From: Minisyncoccota bacterium
GTDB lineage: Bacteria > Patescibacteriota > Minisyncoccia > UBA6257 > 02-FULL-45-10c
NCBI GenBank assembly: GCA_036517155.1
Contig: DATDXY010000019.1
Location: 9,913 to 73,912 of the forward strand
DNA: 64,000 nt
Reading direction: 5' to 3'
How positions within the stretch are numbered: position 1 is the first letter of the stretch; each line of letters starts with the position of its first letter. The notes beneath the pieces were generated by a model. That model saw nothing but the letters and a program-made list of their open reading frames with translations. It made no database searches and had not been told where the DNA came from. The position numbers and the translations under genes are program-made. This document shows, in pieces, positions 10,272 to 18,296 of the stretch.

Positions 10272-10667
10272 CTAGGACTGGGGACGGGGGCGCTGCCGTT
10301 GTAAAAATCGGCATTGAGCATTTCGGATAGTATTGTCAATCTCTCTTTTCCAGATTTCCTGTTCGCGAAAATGATTCTCAATCACCGTTGCAACGTGCCG
10401 CTTGTAATTTTGAGCAATAAATTTTTTCCCAAAATAAATAAAAACTCTATAACGGTACACGATAATTCTCTCTACTCCCTGCACGTTCCAAATACAGCGA
10501 GCCAGTAGGTGTGATTGATTTTTTTTGCCATTGGAAGCAACCGGACAAAATTTCGAAGGACCATCATAGTCCTCGGAGTCATTAGTGGTCAATTGCTTAT
10601 TAAAATGACACTTGAGAATCGATGTGCCATCTTCTTCAATCAACATTGAGTGATTTCTTTCATTCAT
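10272..10667 (-). CDS. Hypothetical protein, possible divergent Nfu/NifU N-terminal-like domain
   Basis: Start moved to ATG 10667, 7 nt after GGAGGG. SHLLARCIWNVQGVERIIV resembles the Nfu_N pattern SPLA..LF.I.GV..VF. Confidence 0.55.
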   Translation of the reverse strand: MNERNHSMLIEEDGTSILKCHFNKQLTTNDSEDYDGPSKFCPVASNGKKNQSHLLARCIWNVQGVERIIVYRYRVFIYFGKKFIAQNYKRHVATVIENHFREQEIWKREIDNTIRNAQCRFLQRQRPRPQS

Positions 10668-10737
10668 ATAGTATCCCTCCGTTTCAATGTGCAAACAAAT
10701 TCCTATATTCAGTATACCATTTCATACATTTTAAAAT

Positions 10738-11118
10738 TTATATATTTTCAAAATATTTTATATCACAATCTTTTAACTCATTTGTCAATGTGATAGCAAT
10801 CAAATCAATCCGCCATCCTTTTTTATCCCCTACTAAATTTTCATTTGCGCCAACGTATAAAGATGCGGTGCGTTGGAGTTTTTTTAATTTTGAAGGCGTT
10901 AAATTATCTTCCGGCTGAATATTCAGCGGTTGATTATTATATTGTCGGATTGTTTTCACTTCCACAAAAACTAATACTCCATTTTTATCTTTGGCAATAA
11001 TATCTATCTCGCCCCACGGTTTCCGAAAGTTCCGATCAATAATCCGGCAACCGTGTTTTTGTAAATACTGAAAGGCGAGATCTTCGCCAAGCTTGCCAAT
11101 GGATTGTTTGTTATTCAT
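10738..11118 (-). CDS. yraN: YraN family (UPF0102) nuclease-fold protein
   Basis: GKLGEDLA..YL, RNFRKPWGEIDIIA, LVFVEVKT, RIDLIAI. Confidence 0.93.
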   Translation of the reverse strand: MNNKQSIGKLGEDLAFQYLQKHGCRIIDRNFRKPWGEIDIIAKDKNGVLVFVEVKTIRQYNNQPLNIQPEDNLTPSKLKKLQRTASLYVGANENLVGDKKGWRIDLIAITLTNELKDCDIKYFENI

Positions 11119-11575
11119 AAAATTGTTTTACGTTTTACACTACAATGTATTTTCCTATAAAACTGGGTAAATTGTAAAACGTAAAACAATTTTACTAAAT
11201 TACGCTTATACACAAAATATTGTTTAACGTTAAACAATTTGTTTAGCCGGTGTTAAACAAAAACAGGTTGTTTAACATTGAAATTGTTTCACGTTTTACA
11301 TTTTCCTACAAATAGACGTAAATACAAAATAATGTTTTACACTTAATGTAAAACATATTTTATAAAATAGGCGTAAAACATTTTAAATGTTTTACATTAT
11401 TTTGCGACAGATAGATTTTAAGCTTAAATAAGGTAAATTGCCGGATTGCCGAATTACTTTGCCGTATTTCACCTCACCACCGTTAAACAAATTTGTTTAA
11501 CGTGGTGTTAAACACTTTTGTTTAACACTCGTAAGGGGGAGCGGCTGGGGAATTGTTTCACGTTTTGTTTAACAC
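11118..11575. repeat. Array of ~20 GTTTHAC/GTDAAAC half-sites in palindromes; parS-like
   Basis: ATTGTTTAACGTTAAACAAT palindrome at 11219-11238; TGTTTCACGTTTTACA at 11285-11300; 22 bp inverted repeat 11118-11139/11173-11194; 22 bp palindrome at 11481-11502. Confidence 0.7.
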
Positions 11576-11665
11576 TTAAGTAAATAACAAATTGACGCCC
11601 ATGAGTTTAGGGGATAGTATAGAGCTGTTATTTAAAAATTTACAAAACTAAAAAAGGAGGAGAAT

Positions 11666-12292
11666 ATGCTCTTATCCAATTACTTGGGTAATTTGGTCAA
11701 GTTGATTGCCTTACTATTCATAGCGCAGCTTATGAATTGCCAACACCAACCTGTGTTAGCAGAAACATACACTCTTGTTAATGAAATTGGCGAGGAAACT
11801 AGGGGGCAATTCAAAATCAAAATTGATGAAGTAAAAGTCCTTGGAATACCGTTCTTAGAATTGGATATCAGAAAAATTATCTTGGGTAATGCAACTTTGT
11901 ATCTGCACTATCATTACCAGCAAGAAAATGGAATAATCAATTTTTCCAATCCAATCGACGACAGAAATGGTTATACCAATTACTTTTCTCAAAAAGTATC
12001 TGCTGGATTAATTGAGTCCGGTCAATTGGAAACTGTTTTTGATTACAAGCCTTCTTACCAACAGGATTTTGGCGTTCTAACTCACCATCTTGTTCTGACT
12101 AAAACTGGCAATGAAAAACAAAAATGTTTTACACTGCTATCCGCGTCTATTATTTCTCGAGGAGGAATTTATCTCACTACGATCATTATTCATGCGCGCA
12201 TCTACGTCAGTGACCCCAATATGATGTTGCCACTGATTAATGAAGTGGCGGAACGCGTAGTGCAAGAATTCACTCACAGTAAAAAGTCATAA
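11666..12292 (+). CDS. Hypothetical exported protein (orphan module)
   Basis: 208 aa; hydrophobic N-terminus; AAGGAGG SD; TTGACG-17-TAGTAT promoter at 11592-11620. Confidence 0.75.
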   Translation: MLLSNYLGNLVKLIALLFIAQLMNCQHQPVLAETYTLVNEIGEETRGQFKIKIDEVKVLGIPFLELDIRKIILGNATLYLHYHYQQENGIINFSNPIDDRNGYTNYFSQKVSAGLIESGQLETVFDYKPSYQQDFGVLTHHLVLTKTGNEKQKCFTLLSASIISRGGIYLTTIIIHARIYVSDPNMMLPLINEVAERVVQEFTHSKKS

Positions 12293-12332
12293 AAAAATAA
12301 TCCCTCGAAGTATTCGGGGGATTACTTTTTTA
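12291..12332. terminator. Bidirectional terminator between orphan gene and tRNA-Val
   Basis: A-run, TAATCCCTCGAA/TTCGGGGGATTA stem, T-run. Confidence 0.7.
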
Positions 12333-12335
12333 TTG

Positions 12336-12407
12336 TGGGCGTTCAAGGGATCGAACCTTGGACCCTCTCGATGTAAACGAGATGCTCTACCACTGAGCTA
12401 AACGCCC
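12336..12407 (-). tRNA. tRNA-Val (anticodon TAC)
   Basis: GGGCGTTTAGCTCAGTGGTAGAGCATCTCG-TTTACAT-CGAGAGGGTCCAAGGTTCGATCCCTTGAACGCCCA; CCA not encoded. Confidence 0.95.
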
Positions 12408-12532
12408 AAATCAAACTTATTTAAGTTAGCTTAACCGAACATTCTGTCCACAGCAAGTTTGACATAAACAATATTTTATTATATAGTAATATTCTTAAGT
12501 AACTTGTCAATAAAAAAGATTGGAGGAATACA

Positions 12533-13222
12533 ATGAGCATTACTCACGCATTGCCGATTACCGAATCTAAACCTCATTTTAAGCACAGTGCCTGGGGATT
12601 ACCAGGCGGCCGAGTAGATTTTACGGATCATCCGGAAATTACTGTCCGAGTAGCAATCTTTAACGGGCAGAATCAATTATTACTGTGTTTGGAAAAACCA
12701 AAACTGATTATTCCCAACCGGCCATTTCAGCAAACTTATCGAGAATATCTGGATTCCTTAAAGTCCACCGTTACTCAGCTTCGCAAACGCGGTAATCCGC
12801 TTACGTGGGCAGAGGCAAAAAAAGTTGTGGAAATTTACGCGCCAGAAATCGATGCTCCGTTTTTTGATGACTGTTGGAATAAAAAGTACACCAAGAAAAA
12901 AATCTTGCTCACCGCAATTAAAGAGGTGCTCGAGGAAACCGGGTATCTCATTAAACCAAAACTGCGGGAACGCATTCAGTTACAGAACAATCATCGAATG
13001 ACTGCGATTTTAACCGGCATCATTGTCGGTGGCGCATTGTTACTCCAAGAAACTCAAGAAATTAAATTGTGCCGTTGGTTTTCTCAAAAAAACCTTCCGG
13101 ATATCCGAGGCGGATCACTGGATAGGGGAGATGGACACTTTATGTACACTACTCATCACAATCGGTACCTCCAGATTGTACTGGATAGTCTCAAAAAAAA
13201 ACAAAATCGCCCTGCTGTATAA
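12533..13222 (+). CDS. Divergent Nudix-family hydrolase with interrupted Nudix box
   Basis: WGLPGGRVD (aa 21-29), AIKEVLEETGY (aa 128-138), EIKLCRWFS; TTGACA-17-TATAGT promoter and GGAGG SD. Confidence 0.7.
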   Translation: MSITHALPITESKPHFKHSAWGLPGGRVDFTDHPEITVRVAIFNGQNQLLLCLEKPKLIIPNRPFQQTYREYLDSLKSTVTQLRKRGNPLTWAEAKKVVEIYAPEIDAPFFDDCWNKKYTKKKILLTAIKEVLEETGYLIKPKLRERIQLQNNHRMTAILTGIIVGGALLLQETQEIKLCRWFSQKNLPDIRGGSLDRGDGHFMYTTHHNRYLQIVLDSLKKKQNRPAV

Positions 13223-13241
13223 GCGGGGCGTTTTTTTATTG

Positions 13242-13314
13242 TGCGTCTGCTTGGACTCGAACCAAGAACCGCCAAGGTATAAGCTTGGTGCTCTAACCAT
13301 TGAGCTACAGACGC
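13242..13314 (-). tRNA. tRNA-Ile (anticodon TAT)
   Basis: GCGTCTGTAGCTCAATGGTTAGAGCA-CCAAG-CTTATAC-CTTGG-CGGTTCTTGGTTCGAGTCCAAGCAGACGCA; full cloverleaf. Confidence 0.93.
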
Positions 13315-13330
13315 ATAGCGATATTCTAAA

Positions 13331-13368
13331 TAAAAAACCGCCCTTATGTCCAATAAGAGCGGCTTTTA
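13331..13368 (-). terminator. Terminator after ftsH
   Basis: CCGCTCTTAT/ATAAGGGCGG stem followed by T-run on the minus strand. Confidence 0.65.
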
Positions 13369-15198
13369 TTATACGATTAATGGCTTCAGTTTGAACGGTT
13401 CAATTAGTTTGTAGAATTCTTCCTGTTCCAGCGTTTCTTTTTCAATCAATACTTTCGCGATAGCTTCTAACGCTTGTTTTCTAGTGCTGACGATTTTTCT
13501 CGCGGATTCATAGGCGCGATTAATAAAACTTTTTACTTCCACATCAATTTGCGAAGCTACTTGTTCAGAATAATTGCGATCGTGGCTCAATTCTTTTCCT
13601 AAAAAAATCAATTCATGGGACTCGCCGAAAGTTTGCGGACCCAGCACATCGCTCATGCCGAATTGCGTTACTAGCGCCCGCGCCAGTTTGGAAGCCTCTT
13701 TCAAATCGTTAGAAGCGCCAGTAGTCATTTCTCCGAAGGTTTCTTTTTCCGATACGTAACCGCCCATCATCACCGCCAAATCCGCCATAAATTGCGAACG
13801 GGTTTTCAAATGTACGTCTTCCGACGGTAATTTCAGCGTGTAACCGCCCGCGCGGCCGCGACTGATAATAGAAACTTTATGCACCGGATCGGAGTGCTTC
13901 AAACTAGCCGCCACTAACGCATGGCCAGCTTCGTGATAGGCAGTAATTTCTTTTTCTTTTTCGGAAATCACCCGATTTTTCCGTTCCGGACCCAGTAATA
14001 CTTTTTCAATGGAAGAATATAAATCTTCCTGTCTGACGGTTTTCCGATTTTCTCGCGCCGCCATAATGGCCGCTTCATTCATCAAATTAGCCAAATCCGC
14101 GCCGGAGAAACCCGGAGTACGAACCGCTATTTTGCGAAGATCTACGGCTTTTTCCAGCGGTTTTTCTTTGGAATGAATCTTCAAAATTGCTTCCCGATCA
14201 TTTAAATCCGGAAGGTCCAAGATTACTCGCCGATCAAACCGGCCCGGGCGGAGCAAAGCCCGGTCCAAAATATCCGGACGATTGGTCGCCGCTACTACAA
14301 TTACATTGGTTTCCCGATCAAAACCATCCATTTCCACTAAAATTTGATTCAAAGTTTGTTCCCGTTCATCGTGGCCGCCGCCCAAGCCCGCGCCACGTTC
14401 CCGGCCAATGGCGTCAATTTCATCAATAAATAAAATTGCTGGTGATGCTTTTTTTGCCGTCGCAAAGGCATCGCGAGTCCGCGAAGCGCCGACACCAACA
14501 AACATTTCCACGAATTCCGAAGCGGAAATATAAAAGAAGGGAACGCCGCTTTCACCGGCGGTAGCACGGGCGAGCAGGGTTTTGCCGGTACCCGGCGAAC
14601 CCATCAACAACACGCCGCGGGGAATCCGCGCACCCATTTCTAAAAATTTTTTTGGATTTTTCAAAAAGTCTACTACTTCGTGCAATTCCTGTTTTGCTTC
14701 TCGCAAGCCGGCAACATCCTTGAAAGTAATCTTATCTTTAAACGCGCCGAAAAGGCGGAGGTTGGAACGGCCGAAAGAAAACGCCTGATTAGCGCCGCCT
14801 TTCGCTTGCCGGAAAATAAACCAAAAGATGGCAATCATTGCGATAATCGGCAGCAACGTCGGGACCAATATGCCCATCCAGAATTTTAGGCCGGATTCAT
14901 CTTCCACTTTCAAATCCACGCTTTGCAACGCTTCGGGAGTGACGCCGTAATTGGCCAAAGTTTGGCTTAAGCCCAATTCGGTTTCTTTCTTGGAGGTTGC
15001 CAAGTCGCCATTCTTTAATTCAATCTTCAAATCATTGCCTTGAACCGAAATAGTTTTAACTTCGCTCTGATTGACCTTGGCGGTGAGTTCGCTGATGGTC
15101 AAACTAATCGGCGCCTTTCCAGTTTGAAAAAGCAAAGAAAACGTAAACGACACCAACAAAAGTGTAATCGTTGCCCATAAAATATTTTTATATAACAT
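13369..15198 (-). CDS. ftsH: ATP-dependent zinc metalloprotease FtsH
   Basis: Two TM helices, [27 protein letters not shown]. Confidence 0.97.
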   Translation of the reverse strand: MLYKNILWATITLLLVSFTFSLLFQTGKAPISLTISELTAKVNQSEVKTISVQGNDLKIELKNGDLATSKKETELGLSQTLANYGVTPEALQSVDLKVEDESGLKFWMGILVPTLLPIIAMIAIFWFIFRQAKGGANQAFSFGRSNLRLFGAFKDKITFKDVAGLREAKQELHEVVDFLKNPKKFLEMGARIPRGVLLMGSPGTGKTLLARATAGESGVPFFYISASEFVEMFVGVGASRTRDAFATAKKASPAILFIDEIDAIGRERGAGLGGGHDEREQTLNQILVEMDGFDRETNVIVVAATNRPDILDRALLRPGRFDRRVILDLPDLNDREAILKIHSKEKPLEKAVDLRKIAVRTPGFSGADLANLMNEAAIMAARENRKTVRQEDLYSSIEKVLLGPERKNRVISEKEKEITAYHEAGHALVAASLKHSDPVHKVSIISRGRAGGYTLKLPSEDVHLKTRSQFMADLAVMMGGYVSEKETFGEMTTGASNDLKEASKLARALVTQFGMSDVLGPQTFGESHELIFLGKELSHDRNYSEQVASQIDVEVKSFINRAYESARKIVSTRKQALEAIAKVLIEKETLEQEEFYKLIEPFKLKPLIV

Positions 15199-15273
15199 AG
15201 TCTCCTTATTTTACTATTTTTTAAAATTAAAAACCAACAAACCAGAACGTCCGCCTCAAAACCGAAGAGAAGA

Positions 15274-16365
15274 TTAAGATTTTAACTTCAAGATAATCCG
15301 TTTTTCCTGAGCCTTCACTGATTCCACAATAAAGTTATATGATTTCCCAACTACGAGATGCTTTTCCATTTCCTCTACGCTGCCGAAGGCCGATACGTGA
15401 ATTAATCCTTGTAAATCATAATCTAAACCGATAAACGCGCCGAAGGGATTAAATTTCAAAACCATTCCTTTCACTTCCTGTCCAGCTTTATAATATTCTT
15501 CCGCTTTCTGCCACGGATCTTCTTTCAGCGCTTTCAAAGAAAGGGTAACGCGGCCATCTTTAATATCCAAAACTTTTGCCCGCACCGCGTCATCCACTTT
15601 CACTACTTCTTTTGGATTGCCGATTAATTTATGGTCCAATTCCGATATATGAATCAAGCCTTCAATTTTTGGGTTATCGGTAAACCGCATAAAAGCCCCG
15701 AAATCCGCAACACCGGAAATAATTCCGTCTACCACATCGCCGGCTTTATATTGGTTCAAAAGCTCTTTCACGCTTTGATCCGTAATTTCCCGTTCGGAAA
15801 TAATTAATTTTTCTGTCCGGGGATTCACATCTAGAATTTTCACAGTCAGTTCCTGGCCGACAAATTTTTTCAGCTCTTCCAAAATTCGCGTGCGGTTACC
15901 GTCATCCACTCGGGGATAATGTTCGTTCGCCAGTTGGGATACCGGCAAAAATGCTTTCAATCCTTCCACTTCGCCCATTAAACCGCCGGAATTGGCTCCA
16001 GTAATTTTTACTTTCAATTCTTCGCCTTTTTCCCGTAATTCTCTCAAAAATTGCCAAGACTTTTGCTTGCCAACTTCCGCCATCGATAATTCCACATAAC
16101 CATTTTCATTTTCCACCTCTACGACTTTAGCAGATAAAGCATCGCCCTCTTTCAAGGCCTTTAATACTTCTCGCGCATGATGGAGTTCCACACCATAGAC
16201 TACGCCAGTGCCAAATTTTCCTAAATCCACATAAACTGTCCGCGGCAGACGCCGTAAAAGTTTACCCGTTACGACATCACCTTCTTTTAAGAAGCCAAAT
16301 GCCTCCGGAACGCTTTTGGTCAGATAGGCGATAATGGAATCGGTTTTTTTGAATGTGTTTACCAT
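15274..16365 (-). CDS. rpsA: 30S ribosomal protein S1 (short, four S1 domains)
   Basis: Repeated S1 motifs (AFLPVSQL, FGAF..EGLIHISEL, FGAFI..QGLIHVS). Confidence 0.85.
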   Translation of the reverse strand: MVNTFKKTDSIIAYLTKSVPEAFGFLKEGDVVTGKLLRRLPRTVYVDLGKFGTGVVYGVELHHAREVLKALKEGDALSAKVVEVENENGYVELSMAEVGKQKSWQFLRELREKGEELKVKITGANSGGLMGEVEGLKAFLPVSQLANEHYPRVDDGNRTRILEELKKFVGQELTVKILDVNPRTEKLIISEREITDQSVKELLNQYKAGDVVDGIISGVADFGAFMRFTDNPKIEGLIHISELDHKLIGNPKEVVKVDDAVRAKVLDIKDGRVTLSLKALKEDPWQKAEEYYKAGQEVKGMVLKFNPFGAFIGLDYDLQGLIHVSAFGSVEEMEKHLVVGKSYNFIVESVKAQEKRIILKLKS

Positions 16366-16420
16366 ATAAATAAGATATACAGAATATACTGATAAAAAAA
16401 GAACTGGTCAAGCCGGCCAA

Positions 16421-16463
16421 TAAAAAAATTCGCCCACAATACTTTACATTGTAGGCGAATCCT
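16421..16463 (-). terminator. Terminator after orphan gene 16469-17143
   Basis: ATTCGCCTACAAT/ATTGTGGGCGAAT stem followed by T7. Confidence 0.7.
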
Positions 16464-16468
16464 ATTTA

Positions 16469-17143
16469 TTAATCCCGAAACCATCTCTCGCTTAAAAGGT
16501 GCATTTTTAACATCTCTCCCGGAATTTCCTCGATAATCCGGGTAAAAAAGATGTTTTCGATGTTGTGAAGCCAGAATTCTTCGCTTTCATGACGAACATT
16601 TTTTGATCCTTTAAAAAAACCATAGCTGTATCCAAAATCGCTTTTCATACCGCAGATATATCCAATACCCTCCTCATAACCTACGGTTTTTCCAGGATTA
16701 TTCGGCGCCAGCAGAAGGATTGTTTTTCTTCTCCGGCTCCATTCGTGGAGTAAAATTTTTCCATACGGCGCGTAGGGAAAATTTTCTGAATCCACTACAT
16801 TGCGCATAAATCGCAAGTATTGTTGGATTACCGGATCCTTAATGTCCTCGCATAGGTTTGTTTCTTTACGATAAAGACAATCCACATATGCGCCAGAATT
16901 TACTTTCGGCAGATAAAATTCCGTCAATAATGCATCACATCCAAACGCCTGCATATGGTCAAGCGTGGATTCTGCGGATGTGTATACAACAGCTTGGACC
17001 TCATCCTGCGTCTTATGCATTTCATGCGCGCCGCATTTGCACTCATCGTCCTCAAGTTTCTCTTTTATCTTAATGAGAAACCGGTCTCGCGCCGACTCCA
17101 CTATGCTTTGATGCTCCCGTTTTACTGCGATTAATAATTTCAT
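16469..17143 (-). CDS. Hypothetical protein, possible degenerate receiver (REC)-like fold (orphan module)
   Basis: Start moved to ATG 17143 (MKLLIAV) after GGGAGGAG; TTGACA-17-TAAAAT promoter; 'YTSAESTLDHM...DALLTEFYLPKVNSG' resembles REC beta3 region. Confidence 0.6.
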   Translation of the reverse strand: MKLLIAVKREHQSIVESARDRFLIKIKEKLEDDECKCGAHEMHKTQDEVQAVVYTSAESTLDHMQAFGCDALLTEFYLPKVNSGAYVDCLYRKETNLCEDIKDPVIQQYLRFMRNVVDSENFPYAPYGKILLHEWSRRRKTILLLAPNNPGKTVGYEEGIGYICGMKSDFGYSYGFFKGSKNVRHESEEFWLHNIENIFFTRIIEEIPGEMLKMHLLSERWFRD

Positions 17144-17267
17144 CTCTCCTCCCTTATAACAAAAATAAAAAGAACTACTTAAATAAATTTTATAACAAAA
17201 TGCTGTTTTTGTCAAATTTACACGTTGAATTTCCAGACCGCTTCTGGTAGTATATATATTGTATATT

Positions 17268-17888
17268 ATGGTAATTAACTGGTACGGCGAAGGATGTTTT
17301 AAGGTCCAAACGGGGGGCCTTGCTTTATTGACCGACCCATTTGAATCCTCCACCGGGCTCACGCCTTCTCGGGGAAAAGTGGATGTAATTTTAAAAACGC
17401 TTACGCCTTATCCGGTCCCACCGGCAGAAACCAGCGATGAACATATTGTGTGGGGAGGCGGAGAATACGCGATTAAGGGAATAGAAATTAAGGGTATTGG
17501 ATTAAATAAAGAGTCAGAGGAAAAATATTTTAAAACCGCGTACACCGTTAAGGCGGAAGATATTACCTTGGGCTTTCTTGGCCACATTTCCGAATCACCA
17601 GATCCTTCGGTATTAGATACGCTAAAAGAAATTGACATTCTTTTTATTCCGGCTGGCGGCAAACCATTTATAGAAATCGATGCGGCTACTAAACTCATTA
17701 AACAAATTGAACCGAAAATTATTGTGGCTGCCTTTTTCAAAATTCCGGGCCTGAAACGATCCGGTGAAGATTATAAGGATCTCGCTAAGGAATTAGGCCA
17801 AAAAAGCGAACCAGAAGAAAAGTTAACGATTCGCAAAAAAGAAATTACCGAACAAAAAGGCATCCGTTTAGTAATTTTGAAAGTGTAA
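17268..17888 (+). CDS. Metallo-beta-lactamase-fold protein lacking the HxHxDH motif
   Basis: INWYGEGCFKV, LLTDPF, GEYAIKGIEIKG, IDILFIPAGG, IEPKIIV. Confidence 0.8.
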   Translation: MVINWYGEGCFKVQTGGLALLTDPFESSTGLTPSRGKVDVILKTLTPYPVPPAETSDEHIVWGGGEYAIKGIEIKGIGLNKESEEKYFKTAYTVKAEDITLGFLGHISESPDPSVLDTLKEIDILFIPAGGKPFIEIDAATKLIKQIEPKIIVAAFFKIPGLKRSGEDYKDLAKELGQKSEPEEKLTIRKKEITEQKGIRLVILKV

Positions 17889-17903
17889 ATAAGCGTCATT
17901 ACT

Positions 17904-18281
17904 ATGTGGCAATTTATCCAAAAATATATTAACGCAGTTCAACAATCGGATAACAACACTAAAAAAAGTTGGGTGGCCGGTTGCACTATTGTCACTATGA
18001 TATTTGTAATCTCTTTGTGGTCGCTTTATTTTCAAGATTCAGTGCAAACCCTAAATCTTCCGGAAACACCAACTCCCATAACGCAAGAAGCGTCTATCCT
18101 TTCTACATTTACTATTGGCGGTAAAATTGTTGCCAAAAAAATAGGCAGCGCCATCAGCAACGGCATTGCCGAAATTAAATCTTTAACCAAAGAAACCCGT
18201 TCCGTCACACTGCAGACCGCTAACATCAATTTCGTTCTGGAGGAATTGCCGGTTATTTCGCCAAAATCTTTACCGCATTAG
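17904..18281 (+). CDS. Hypothetical single-TM membrane protein
   Basis: 125 aa, one hydrophobic helix, co-oriented between MBL gene and gyrA. Confidence 0.7.
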   Translation: MWQFIQKYINAVQQSDNNTKKSWVAGCTIVTMIFVISLWSLYFQDSVQTLNLPETPTPITQEASILSTFTIGGKIVAKKIGSAISNGIAEIKSLTKETRSVTLQTANINFVLEELPVISPKSLPH

Positions 18282-18296
18282 AAATAAATACCATTT

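Noticed and set aside
11118-11575. CRISPR array or integron attC interpretation of the repeats
   Set aside because: The units are 7-16 bp in both orientations with irregular spacing; there are no unique spacers or cassettes and no cas or intI gene.
13023-13394. Short ORFs 13023-13394, 13115-13300 and 13156-13353
   Set aside because: They overlap tRNA-Ile and a terminator, so they are likely spurious.
17144-17362. Upstream extension of the 297 aa ORF
   Set aside because: It spans divergent promoters and overlaps the MBL gene; the SD supports a start at 17143.
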